DNA from: a virus
Taxonomy: Duplodnaviria > Caudoviricetes
IMG/VR virus record: IMGVR_UViG_3300024262_000013
Length of the DNA stretch: 64,000 nt
Direction: 5' to 3' (one strand)
Part shown: positions 36,640 to 45,870 of the stretch, piece after piece
Layout: the number at the start of each line of letters is the position of its first letter
Numbering within the stretch: position 1 is the stretch's first letter
The notes under the pieces: generated by a model
What the model was told of the DNA's origin: nothing
Seen by the model: the letters and a program-made list of their open reading frames with translations, nothing else
Database searches by the model: none
Made by a program: the position numbers and the translations under genes

Positions 36640-37722
36640 ATGAGAAACTATTTAACTATATCGGATGAGGAGAAAGATTCTATTCTCCAAACACATTCAG
36701 CATTTTATAATGGATATGCCACAGGTAATGTACCAAGTAACTTACAACCATTAAGGGTTGATAGAAGTATTAAGGATTTTGGTGGTGTAACTGTTGATAA
36801 TCAAGGTAACGTAAAGCCGTATACCAACCATAATGTTAACGAATCTGAAGTAAACGAACAAGAAGGTAAAGGGTGTTCCGAATCTGAAGGTGGTTCAGGA
36901 TGTATTAAGAAAAAAGATGGTGAATGGGTTATATTAAACAATAAAAAAGGTGGAATATTTAAAAAATGTTCATCCAAAAAAGACTGTGAAGAAATATTAG
37001 CTGGTTACCATGCAAATGTAAACGAAGAGGAGGATTTAGGTCCTGAAGATAGAGATGAGTTTGATGGTAGAGATTCTGAAGTTGTAGGTGTCGATTCAGA
37101 TATTGAAGACCAAAGAAAAGAAGCTAACGAAATAGAAGCTGACGATATGGATATATCACATGAAGATTCGGCTTATGATTTTGAATCTGATGGTCCTGAG
37201 CAATTTGATTCATCATACTCTGATGATTCATATGGTGACGACATTGACGCGATTATGAAAATGTTTGGTGGTGATATGTCACCGGCAAGTGTTGATGGTG
37301 TAAATGATATGATGAACTCAGATTTAGACGGTAAAGAAAAATATAGTAATGAAAAATCGGCATTTGACTTTGACTCTGATGGTGGAAACGCTGACGTATA
37401 TGGGGAACAAACCAATATGTCAATAGGGTTTGTTGAAGAAGGTGAAGGTGAAACCGATGAAAGTTTAGTGTCTGTGATACCTATGGATAAACCAATAGGT
37501 AAAATGTATTCATTTAAAGGAAATAACCCAAAATACGAAGTTGAAGAAGGTGAAGTTGAAAAAGGTGAGTCTTGTGAGTCTTGTGGTGGTGAAACGAGTG
37601 AAGGAGAATGTAAAGAATGTGGTTCTATATACGAAGAAGTCGATACGGACTTACATGAGTCATTTGATAACGATAGAAAGGCTATAAGAGAAATGTTTAA
37701 TAGATTTAGTAAATTTAATTAA
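36640..37722 (+). CDS. highly acidic putative internal head protein
   Basis: D/E-rich; C-terminal CESCGG/CKECG; ends FNRFSKFN. Confidence 0.6.
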   Translation: MRNYLTISDEEKDSILQTHSAFYNGYATGNVPSNLQPLRVDRSIKDFGGVTVDNQGNVKPYTNHNVNESEVNEQEGKGCSESEGGSGCIKKKDGEWVILNNKKGGIFKKCSSKKDCEEILAGYHANVNEEEDLGPEDRDEFDGRDSEVVGVDSDIEDQRKEANEIEADDMDISHEDSAYDFESDGPEQFDSSYSDDSYGDDIDAIMKMFGGDMSPASVDGVNDMMNSDLDGKEKYSNEKSAFDFDSDGGNADVYGEQTNMSIGFVEEGEGETDESLVSVIPMDKPIGKMYSFKGNNPKYEVEEGEVEKGESCESCGGETSEGECKECGSIYEEVDTDLHESFDNDRKAIREMFNRFSKFN

Positions 37723-37740
37723 ACTAATTAATATAAGATT

Positions 37741-37768
37741 AAAACCCGTGTAACCCACGGGTTTTTTT
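37741..37768. terminator. bidirectional terminator
   Basis: AAAACCCGTG-TAACC-CACGGGTTTT. Confidence 0.85.
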
Positions 37769-39449
37769 ATTTAGATAAGTTTTTGTATAGTACACCTAAC
37801 TCAAGTAAGTTACGGTACTTAGGATAGTAATCCCAAACTAACGTTACCATCTTCTCACCATCAAATAAATAACCATCCTTAATCATTGTTTCAAGATTTT
37901 CCTTAGTTGTATGAGATAATTCTTGATGTGCAAAATTTCTAAGTTTATGTAAATTAAATTCAACATTACCAAACCACGATAAGTGCCATCCATTAATATC
38001 GTTAAGGTGAGTTTCCTGTTCGTACCTTACATTTCTAATTTCTTGAGGTGTGGTAGTTTTAAGGTATGACCACCTACAAAAAGCAGGCCCTGGCCAGTAC
38101 ATATCCTCAAAGTCCCATTTAAAGTTCCAATATTGCCACCTTTGTAATATAGTTTTAAACGTATCAAAACTAACTTGATTATTTTTAAGTCGGTTTAAGA
38201 TATCGTTATCCCATATTTCATCTATATCTGAAATAAGTACGATATCATCATCATTAGGATTAATTTTTTTTAATACCTCCTTAATCGAATTTCTATGATA
38301 ATTTTCTCTAAACCAATTTAACCTTTCTTCATCATTTTTGGGGGTAGGGTGAGGTTCGTAAAGTACCTCATTAGGTAAATCTATTATAATATGTTCAATC
38401 TTATGTTTAAATTTATTAAATAAATCTTTATGTTTTTGAAAATACAGTTCTTTATCTTTACCGGCGTGACTATTTCTAGACTCTATTAAAATAAAATGGT
38501 CAACATATTCACCCATTTCATGTAACCTTAAGTTTAACATATCTAACTCATGGTCAAAGAGAAAGCAATCGTATATTTTTGGTTTATTTATATTAATTTC
38601 CGTATCATTTATTTTGTCCCATATTTTTGGTAAATCATAACCTTCTTGATTAAATACTCTTAATTTACCTGTAATGCCATCTTTTTTAGTGCCGTTAGAC
38701 GCATACATATCTTTTATTAGATTTTTGATATTATCGTCATCATCCCAAAAGTCACTAACTAATTCGATATGTGAAAACGATTTAAGTTTCTCCCTGATAA
38801 AATCAAAATCACCAAACCATGAAAAGTGAAATCCACCATTTTCCTGAGTGTAAAATACTGTTTGTGTTTCACTCCATCTATCATCTCTTATTTCTTGAAA
38901 GATTTTATTATTAGATATGAAGTGAGAGTAGTAAAAGGCAGTTGAACCCATCCAATGATGCATTTTCTCCAATCGTTTATTCCAAACTAACCATTTCTGT
39001 TTAAAAACTACAGGACCATACGGCAAATTAATGTTTAAATTTTTAAAGATATTCGTATTAGGAAATTCGTCAACATCTGAAACGATTACAATGTCATCAA
39101 ATTTAATATTTAATTCTTTAAGTCCTTTACCTATTGAATTTCTTTGATGAGCTTCCCTATAAAATTCTATGGTCTTCTGAGATTCAATTATAGTAAAATT
39201 CATTAATTCTGTATCGGTAACGGATATTGGCATATCTTTAACCACGTAGTGATATATTTTATCTGACCATTTTGAAAAACGTTTACTATTATTTTTATAA
39301 AATAGTGGTTTTGGTTTTCCTGTAAATGTTTTGTCGGATTCAACAATTAAAAACATATCGACATGGTCATAAAGTTCCTCTAATCTTAACTCCAATAAGT
39401 CTAATTCATTAAAAAATAAAATAGAGTCAATTATTTTTTGTTTACCCAT
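37767..39449 (-). CDS. tandem two-domain GT17-like glycosyltransferase
   Basis: Two copies of D(S/C)xxFxxELDxLxLRLxE, SD(V/I)DE and G(F/W)HxSWFG. Confidence 0.85.
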   Translation of the reverse strand: MGKQKIIDSILFFNELDLLELRLEELYDHVDMFLIVESDKTFTGKPKPLFYKNNSKRFSKWSDKIYHYVVKDMPISVTDTELMNFTIIESQKTIEFYREAHQRNSIGKGLKELNIKFDDIVIVSDVDEFPNTNIFKNLNINLPYGPVVFKQKWLVWNKRLEKMHHWMGSTAFYYSHFISNNKIFQEIRDDRWSETQTVFYTQENGGFHFSWFGDFDFIREKLKSFSHIELVSDFWDDDDNIKNLIKDMYASNGTKKDGITGKLRVFNQEGYDLPKIWDKINDTEININKPKIYDCFLFDHELDMLNLRLHEMGEYVDHFILIESRNSHAGKDKELYFQKHKDLFNKFKHKIEHIIIDLPNEVLYEPHPTPKNDEERLNWFRENYHRNSIKEVLKKINPNDDDIVLISDIDEIWDNDILNRLKNNQVSFDTFKTILQRWQYWNFKWDFEDMYWPGPAFCRWSYLKTTTPQEIRNVRYEQETHLNDINGWHLSWFGNVEFNLHKLRNFAHQELSHTTKENLETMIKDGYLFDGEKMVTLVWDYYPKYRNLLELGVLYKNLSK

Positions 39450-39450
39450 T

Positions 39451-39636
39451 TTAATCTAATTCGTTAATTCGTTTATCATACTTTCTAAGTAATATTTCAT
39501 AACCACAATAATCCCCACTTAACTTATAGTAAAGTTTTATATAATTTAAAGAATTTTTTAACTGTATACCGTTGGTACAGGATAATAAAACCTCCTCGGC
39601 TCTAAAATAATAATTGGTTATGTTGATATCTGTCAT
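39451..39636 (-). CDS. hypothetical protein (61 aa)
   Basis: ORF track. Confidence 0.55.
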   Translation of the reverse strand: MTDINITNYYFRAEEVLLSCTNGIQLKNSLNYIKLYYKLSGDYCGYEILLRKYDKRINELD

Positions 39637-39686
39637 ATGTTACTTACTTTTCATTTATAATGATAACAATAATATAATAGAAATAT

Positions 39687-40286
39687 ATGTCTAAAACAAA
39701 TTTTACCGCTCAAACTGAAACAATCGATACCAATTACGATATGTTAAACTACTATTACTTTGATAATATATTCACATCTTCACAAATAAAAGACATAATT
39801 AAAATATGTGAAAATTTGGGTACTGAGACCGTAACTGCGGATTATAATGGACCATCTAATGACGATAAAAGGAGAACTCAAGTTGGTTACTTACCCATTA
39901 ACAAAGATAATACATGGATTTATGAAAAAATTTACGGGTTATCTATGGACGCAAATCAAGAAATGGGGTGGAATTTTGATATCGATGGTATTGGGAGTTC
40001 TATCGAATATTCTATTCATGGAGACAATGGTGGACATTATCAGTGGAGTTCAGATATATCTAAATCGAACACTAATAAATTATCGGTAACGATACATTTA
40101 TCAACAGACGAAGAATATACGGGTGGAAAAACAGAATTTAATAATGGACTGTCAATTATTAAACCAACTTTTAACATTGGTGATATGGTCGTGACTCCAT
40201 CGTATTTATTACAGAGAGTTACACCCATACTAACAGGTGTCAGACGTACATTAACTCTAACTATAACAGGAAATCCTTTTAAATAA
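39687..40286 (+). CDS. 2OG-Fe(II) oxygenase-like protein lacking both iron-binding His
   Basis: KLSVTIHLS...YTGG...RVTPILTGVRRTL fold motifs; WSSD replaces WHxD and LQRV replaces LHRV. Confidence 0.75.
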   Translation: MSKTNFTAQTETIDTNYDMLNYYYFDNIFTSSQIKDIIKICENLGTETVTADYNGPSNDDKRRTQVGYLPINKDNTWIYEKIYGLSMDANQEMGWNFDIDGIGSSIEYSIHGDNGGHYQWSSDISKSNTNKLSVTIHLSTDEEYTGGKTEFNNGLSIIKPTFNIGDMVVTPSYLLQRVTPILTGVRRTLTLTITGNPFK

Positions 40287-40690
40287 TGGTATATAACGTA
40301 AACGACAGTAATTTATTTGAACATATAAAAAAACATAAAAAAATCATATGGTTTTTATTTAGAAAGGGTCAGGAAAAAAATTTAGTAATAAAACCTTTTG
40401 GTGAAGGACATGAAAGTGTCAATCAAGAACTTAGTGAACAATTTCCAGATGTAACAATTTTCCAAAGTTATATTTCTGATAACCCATTAATTATGGAATA
40501 TTTTGATTTAAACAATTCACCTTTATGGGATTACTATTCAAAAATTTATAACCCTAGATTAATAAGTGTTAAGGATGGGCAAAAAATATATGACCAATCA
40601 GGTAAAGATTGTTATTGTTTAGACACTATTTTAGAAATGATATTTGAGTTATACCCCGAATTAATTCCTATACCAACCAGTGAGGGATAA
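40286..40690 (+). CDS. hypothetical protein, possibly thioredoxin-like fold
   Basis: PRLISVKDG pattern; weak. Confidence 0.5.
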   Translation: MVYNVNDSNLFEHIKKHKKIIWFLFRKGQEKNLVIKPFGEGHESVNQELSEQFPDVTIFQSYISDNPLIMEYFDLNNSPLWDYYSKIYNPRLISVKDGQKIYDQSGKDCYCLDTILEMIFELYPELIPIPTSEG

Positions 40691-41377
40691 TCTAATTTCA
40701 GGTGTACCAGGGTTAACATGGGAAACATAATGTAACTTACCCTTATCTTCAGGTAATAAAAATAATGTTAGACTATTAAATTTAGGCACCTCAACATTTT
40801 CAACAACATTACCGTCATCATTTAAAAAATGTAATAATCCTCCGTACTCAGGTTTCCACTCTTTAGTTAATTGTAACACAAAACCAATTATACCGTTAGG
40901 GCTATCTTGATGAGGAGACAGGAAATCACCTGGAACATAACAAGCGGCAAATACTTCATTAGACCCCGTGATTTTTAAATCCGTCACTTTTGATACTAAA
41001 TTATGTGACTCTTTATCATCTAAATATTCCCTAATCTGACACTCAGTACACTCACAATCTTCAAAGTGATTATCTAAAGTTCTGTGAAATGAGTATGAAA
41101 ATTCATTTTTACCAAAAGAATCTGTAGAGTGTTGTCTAGCTATTTTTATGTTATTATATTCGTCAGGTGTATTTCTAAAATAACTAACACCATCTTTATC
41201 TGTAGATGGATATGTGGCTATTGACCACCAATCGGTAGGCATTTCATAACTAAAAAAATTACTTAAATTATTGGCGATATCATCTTTTAAATAATTATCG
41301 ATAACTACATATCCATTTTTTTTAAAGGATTTTCGTAGTTTATTTAAATCTAAATTTGGGTTAATTAAATCTTTCAT
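40661..41377 (-). CDS. 2OG-Fe(II) oxygenase (prolyl-hydroxylase-like)
   Basis: FLSPHQD, WKPEYGGLL, LHYVSHV, RLSLTGW. Confidence 0.85.
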   Translation of the reverse strand: MKDLINPNLDLNKLRKSFKKNGYVVIDNYLKDDIANNLSNFFSYEMPTDWWSIATYPSTDKDGVSYFRNTPDEYNNIKIARQHSTDSFGKNEFSYSFHRTLDNHFEDCECTECQIREYLDDKESHNLVSKVTDLKITGSNEVFAACYVPGDFLSPHQDSPNGIIGFVLQLTKEWKPEYGGLLHFLNDDGNVVENVEVPKFNSLTLFLLPEDKGKLHYVSHVNPGTPEIRLSLTGWYRN

Positions 41378-41397
41378 TTTTTTCTTTTACTATTTTA

Positions 41398-41976
41398 TTA
41401 AAATTCGGTGGTAAAAAAGAACACTTGAAAAAGTCTACCATCATACTTATCACTACCAAAATAATCCATCGATACGTGATAATTATCTGAACGATATAGT
41501 ACTAATCGGTTAAATTTATTACCTAAACGGTCAACTAAATCCCACTTTGTATAGTCATTAGCGACTGTCATATGTGGAGCTAACGCAGTTTCTTCTTCAC
41601 TATGTAAGTTATTATCCCACCCACATAAACCCGTGTCTCTATGTTTAAATAGACCAGTTCCTGAAGTTACAGGGGCATTAGGAGTTAAATAAAGAACTGC
41701 TGCCCATCCTGTTGTACTGTCAGAATGTATCCAAGAACGGTCATCTGAGGTAGTATACTGAAACGAACCAGAATATTCCCCACCCCAGTTAGTTACTTCA
41801 CCCGCAAAGGGTTTAAGTAACTCTTGTAACGTTTCCTTTAAATCTTCATTTAAATGTGATGTGGTCCTATGTCCGGGATAGTTACCGTCAACTCCAAAAT
41901 CTTGGGATAACGCAAAATCCCTAACTTCTATAGGGTTATTATAAAAATCATCAACTATTAATGTATTAACTCTCAT
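41398..41976 (-). CDS. 2OG-Fe(II) oxygenase-like protein (DUF6445-like)
   Basis: IVDDFY, NYPGHR, WIHSD, VLYLTP, FNRLVLY, YH, RLFQVFF. Confidence 0.75.
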   Translation of the reverse strand: MRVNTLIVDDFYNNPIEVRDFALSQDFGVDGNYPGHRTTSHLNEDLKETLQELLKPFAGEVTNWGGEYSGSFQYTTSDDRSWIHSDSTTGWAAVLYLTPNAPVTSGTGLFKHRDTGLCGWDNNLHSEEETALAPHMTVANDYTKWDLVDRLGNKFNRLVLYRSDNYHVSMDYFGSDKYDGRLFQVFFFTTEF

Positions 41977-41978
41977 AT

Positions 41979-42299
41979 TTATTCTTCTATTGTTAATTCA
42001 GGGTAATCCTTGTCTGAAAAGTAGTAAATAATGAAATCTAGTAAATCATTATCCTCTAAATAATCTTCAACATATTCATCATAAGGAATTACCCAATCTT
42101 TAGTGTAATGACTTTCAGTACTATAATCCCACTCATCACTATATACCTCTAAACCACCTATAGATTCTATATAATCTGAAAATTCTCCTTCACAAATTTT
42201 AATTTCTCGGTATCCTTCTTCCTTATTTAAGGAAAACATTATTTGTAATGTTCCTTTAATAAAATCATATTCGAGTATTTCAATAGTGTCTTTAGTCAT
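41979..42299 (-). CDS. acidic hypothetical protein (106 aa)
   Basis: ORF track. Confidence 0.7.
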   Translation of the reverse strand: MTKDTIEILEYDFIKGTLQIMFSLNKEEGYREIKICEGEFSDYIESIGGLEVYSDEWDYSTESHYTKDWVIPYDEYVEDYLEDNDLLDFIIYYFSDKDYPELTIEE

Positions 42300-42346
42300 T
42301 TTATAGATATTTGTATATAAAATAAAAGAATAATTATAAAAAGAAA

Positions 42347-42655
42347 ATGGAAATTACAGAAATAATATCATCATACATAAATAAAGGTAATAATCTTTTG
42401 AGAGTGGAGTTTCAAGTATTGAACGATGATAGTGTAAAGTCAGACGTTATAGAGTACCATTATGTTAAAGAATTTGGGTATGATGTTGAAATAATAATGG
42501 ATGTATTTGATGATTACGATACAGATTATGACGAATTAGAAACGTGGGATGATGATGATAATGAAGTCTTAATTGATGATGTTACTTTAACTTCATTTTT
42601 AAATGAATATTATATTATTTTTCCCGATAGAAAACCTGACGAAGAATACAATTAA
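42347..42655 (+). CDS. acidic hypothetical protein (102 aa)
   Basis: ORF track. Confidence 0.7.
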   Translation: MEITEIISSYINKGNNLLRVEFQVLNDDSVKSDVIEYHYVKEFGYDVEIIMDVFDDYDTDYDELETWDDDDNEVLIDDVTLTSFLNEYYIIFPDRKPDEEYN

Positions 42656-42669
42656 TACTATTTATAGAT

Positions 42670-43170
42670 ATGTCAAAAAGTATTGTACCCCAAAGTAATA
42701 ATGATAAATCGGGTAATTCCTATATGATGAATCTCATTAATAAATTACTAGGTAAAATATTTCTAAAGAAACCTGTGTTCTTTGGTTTAAACGACCAAAA
42801 AATAACTTTATTGGTTAGTCCTACTATGAAGATATACGGAGTGTATGTGTCACCTGAACGATTAAGAAGTAGGTTCCCTTTTCAAGAAAGGAAATTTTTA
42901 AATCTAAAAGACTTAAAGTTATGGGCAGAAGATAATGAATTTGATATATCATTCTCAGCTGAGACACCTAAACTTAAAAGGGAGTTATTAATCTCTTTAG
43001 GAGATGTTATGGTTGAGTCTACAGGAGATAAGGAAAGAGAGTTGAGTGTTGTGGTAATGGAGGAATTAAAAAAATCTAAATTACCCGACTCAATTAAAGA
43101 GTGGGCTAAAGAAAATCCCGAAAAGTTTATTAGAAACATAAGACATGTTCAAAACATACTAAAAAGATAA
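42670..43170 (+). CDS. hypothetical protein (166 aa)
   Basis: ORF track; TATTTATA at 42659-42666. Confidence 0.7.
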   Translation: MSKSIVPQSNNDKSGNSYMMNLINKLLGKIFLKKPVFFGLNDQKITLLVSPTMKIYGVYVSPERLRSRFPFQERKFLNLKDLKLWAEDNEFDISFSAETPKLKRELLISLGDVMVESTGDKERELSVVVMEELKKSKLPDSIKEWAKENPEKFIRNIRHVQNILKR

Positions 43171-43192
43171 AAGTGGTCAACGACCACTTTTT
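43169..43192. terminator. bidirectional terminator
   Basis: AAAGTGGTC-AAC-GACCACTTT. Confidence 0.75.
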
Positions 43193-43196
43193 CTGT

Positions 43197-43688
43197 TTAA
43201 GGACCTACTCTTGAGAGTCTAATCCACATATTTACATTTTCACCATTATTCAAATGTTGGTTCGGGAATTTTAAAACTAAATGTTCTAACCCATCTTCCT
43301 CAATGATAAAGTTTCTTGGGTGTAGTATTCCTCCGATATAATAGTCAATTCTTAAATCATCCCAGTACCCATCTACCCCTTGATTAACAGTAAATGGGTA
43401 ATTGAATTCCCATTCGTCACCACCTGGAAATACTTGATATCCCATATAGAAAGTTCTACCACTGAATGATACTTTTTCATTTCCAACATCCAAATCACCT
43501 ATAGTTGTAGACACTATCCCATTTTCTATATAATTATTCATTTCAGTCCCATCATGGGTATTAACACCATCATGTCTTATCGAACTAACCATGTACGTAC
43601 CATCTAATGTCGGGTAAGTTTCAAGTTCATATTTTTCACAACCGACAAGTGTAAGGACTAAAGATAAAAGGAATAGTATGTTTTTCAT
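43197..43688 (-). CDS. lipoprotein, lipocalin-like
   Basis: Lipobox LVGC at residue 17; LDGTYMVSS; TATATTTG promoter upstream. Confidence 0.7.
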   Translation of the reverse strand: MKNILFLLSLVLTLVGCEKYELETYPTLDGTYMVSSIRHDGVNTHDGTEMNNYIENGIVSTTIGDLDVGNEKVSFSGRTFYMGYQVFPGGDEWEFNYPFTVNQGVDGYWDDLRIDYYIGGILHPRNFIIEEDGLEHLVLKFPNQHLNNGENVNMWIRLSRVGP

Positions 43689-43776
43689 AATGTTTATGTA
43701 TTTTATTTATACAAATATACGCCTTTTTATTTAACTGCAAAGCAATATAATGGGTTTTTATAATATTTATAGAATT

Positions 43777-44454
43777 ATGGGTTACTTAATAAAGGAAATA
43801 TCACGTATTAAAGGTATCATGGGTTTAATATCTGAAGGTGAATCACAATTTGATTCTTCGGAAAAAAAAACGGTTGACGACTTTGTTGATTTCGTTAAGA
43901 AAGAACTTAATATCGATAATGATGTTGAAGTTAAACTTCAAAATAACAAAGACGGTATTAAGACTACTGCGGTATATAAGTACAAAGACGGTGAGGACGA
44001 AGAATTTGAAGACTCTGAGATAAGGGTGTTTACCTTAGGAAGGGCATTAGTGGACGTTCTACGTTCTATTGCTCATGAGTTAGTACATCATATGCAAAAT
44101 GAAAAAGGAGACCTTGAAGGTAAGGTATCTAATGTTGGTGGACCTATTGAAGATGAGGCAAACTCAGTTGCTGGAGAACTAATTAAAAAATACGGATTGA
44201 AAGACCCTGAGATTTATGGGGATGAAGATAAAGAAGAGATGGGTGAACAAGAAGACGGTGGTGGAGATTCAGATTCATCGTCAGCCAACTCAAGTGTTTC
44301 AACATGGGAAACAGGTATAAGTAGAGGAGTAGGAAACACATTAACATTAAATGTTTGGAATAGTGGTGTAAACCGAAGTAAAGCCAATCATATAGACTCA
44401 ACAGGTACTTGGGAATCCGGAATAAGTAGAGGTAAGTCGAATCCACTAAATTAA
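43777..44454 (+). CDS. HExxH metallopeptidase-like virion protein with C-terminal WE(T/S)GISRG repeats
   Basis: IAHELVHHMQ...IEDEAN; start MGYLIKE after TATTTATA at 43764. Confidence 0.6.
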   Translation: MGYLIKEISRIKGIMGLISEGESQFDSSEKKTVDDFVDFVKKELNIDNDVEVKLQNNKDGIKTTAVYKYKDGEDEEFEDSEIRVFTLGRALVDVLRSIAHELVHHMQNEKGDLEGKVSNVGGPIEDEANSVAGELIKKYGLKDPEIYGDEDKEEMGEQEDGGGDSDSSSANSSVSTWETGISRGVGNTLTLNVWNSGVNRSKANHIDSTGTWESGISRGKSNPLN

Positions 44455-44469
44455 CATATTTATATAACA

Positions 44470-45870
44470 ATGGGAAACTTAAAAGATAAAATTATAACGG
44501 AAGAATTAAAACAAATAGTTATTTTAATGAACTATGATAGGTCTAAGACTTTATTAGAACAAGGTGACGCTAAATTCGATATACAACAAACACAAAGACA
44601 CGCTGAACAACTTGGTGTAACTTACCAGGAGGCTAAAAGAATGGAAAACCCAGAATTATATAAATTAGCCGATAAATTTGAATGGGACCATGACATATCT
44701 GGTATAGTTGAAATAACCTTAGTTATGGCGGGTATTGCTGTTAGTATGACAGGAGTAGGGTTAGTGTCTGGTGTGGGTCCAGCGTTAATACTCGCAGGAA
44801 CTGCAGTAGGAGTTGCCGACGCACTTGTTTACTTCTCTGAAGGCGACCCATATATGGGTACAATGATGTTAGCCCTAAATTTAATACCTGGAGGTGAATT
44901 AGTTAGTATATTAACAAAAAAGGCGGCGGCAGAAACTGCTGAAGTCATTACCGAACAAACCATAAAACAAGCTAGAAGTGGAATGGGAAAATTAGGAAAG
45001 GAAATATTGACTGATGTTGAACAGGCGGCGTTAGACCAAGTATCGAGAGCTATGAAACAAGTCACCCCTGAGATTATTGCTAAAAATGCAAAATATGCTC
45101 TTGAAGCAATGCAAAAAACATTAAAAAGTATACCCCTATCTAAAACTATTGCTTTATTAATGGGATTATCTGGTAAAGTAGGTAAGACAGTTATTAAAGT
45201 AGGTAGAATAGCGATAACGGTAGATTTATTTTGGACATTATTTACCACACCCGAATCGTGGAGAAGTAAAATGAGAGATAAAAGTTCATTTTCTAAAATT
45301 ATGGATATGTTATATGATGGAAAATTAGATGATACAATAATTGATGGACTGTGGGGACTTTGGAATATGCTGTGGAATGAAGATGGTACTGAAAATACTG
45401 AAGGAAGGGAAAAATTTCAAACGCTTTTAGTTGATGATAATATTAGTGACGAAGAACTAGCAAATACGGAATACTCAAATAACCTAAACGAACTATTAAA
45501 TACAGAGTGGGAAAAAAGTTTGAATGATTTAGATTCTCAGTGGGGTGTAAATTCAGAAACAGTTAAATCACAGAAATCTAATTATGAACCTGTTAAATTT
45601 GATAATTTAATTAAAGGAAAGCAGACGATACGTAAAGGTCAGAAAGGCGATGTAGTTAGAGATATACAAAGAATGTTAGTAACTCTTGGATATTATTTAG
45701 GAAATACTGGTAAAACAAAAGATGGGGTAGATGGAGACTATGGTGATAAAATGGAGACAGCTTTATATAAGTTTCAAATAGATAACGACTTAGATGATTT
45801 TGATGGTATAGTGGGTAAAGATACGTCTAATAAACTTTATGAACTATACAAAGAAAAAAAAGGATTATAA
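44470..45870 (+). CDS. putative virion protein with hydrophobic helices and C-terminal peptidoglycan-binding domain
   Basis: ITLVMAGIAV...LILAGTAVGVA; IRKGQKGDVVRDIQRML...VDGDYG...FQ...DGIVG. Confidence 0.7.
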   Translation: MGNLKDKIITEELKQIVILMNYDRSKTLLEQGDAKFDIQQTQRHAEQLGVTYQEAKRMENPELYKLADKFEWDHDISGIVEITLVMAGIAVSMTGVGLVSGVGPALILAGTAVGVADALVYFSEGDPYMGTMMLALNLIPGGELVSILTKKAAAETAEVITEQTIKQARSGMGKLGKEILTDVEQAALDQVSRAMKQVTPEIIAKNAKYALEAMQKTLKSIPLSKTIALLMGLSGKVGKTVIKVGRIAITVDLFWTLFTTPESWRSKMRDKSSFSKIMDMLYDGKLDDTIIDGLWGLWNMLWNEDGTENTEGREKFQTLLVDDNISDEELANTEYSNNLNELLNTEWEKSLNDLDSQWGVNSETVKSQKSNYEPVKFDNLIKGKQTIRKGQKGDVVRDIQRMLVTLGYYLGNTGKTKDGVDGDYGDKMETALYKFQIDNDLDDFDGIVGKDTSNKLYELYKEKKGL

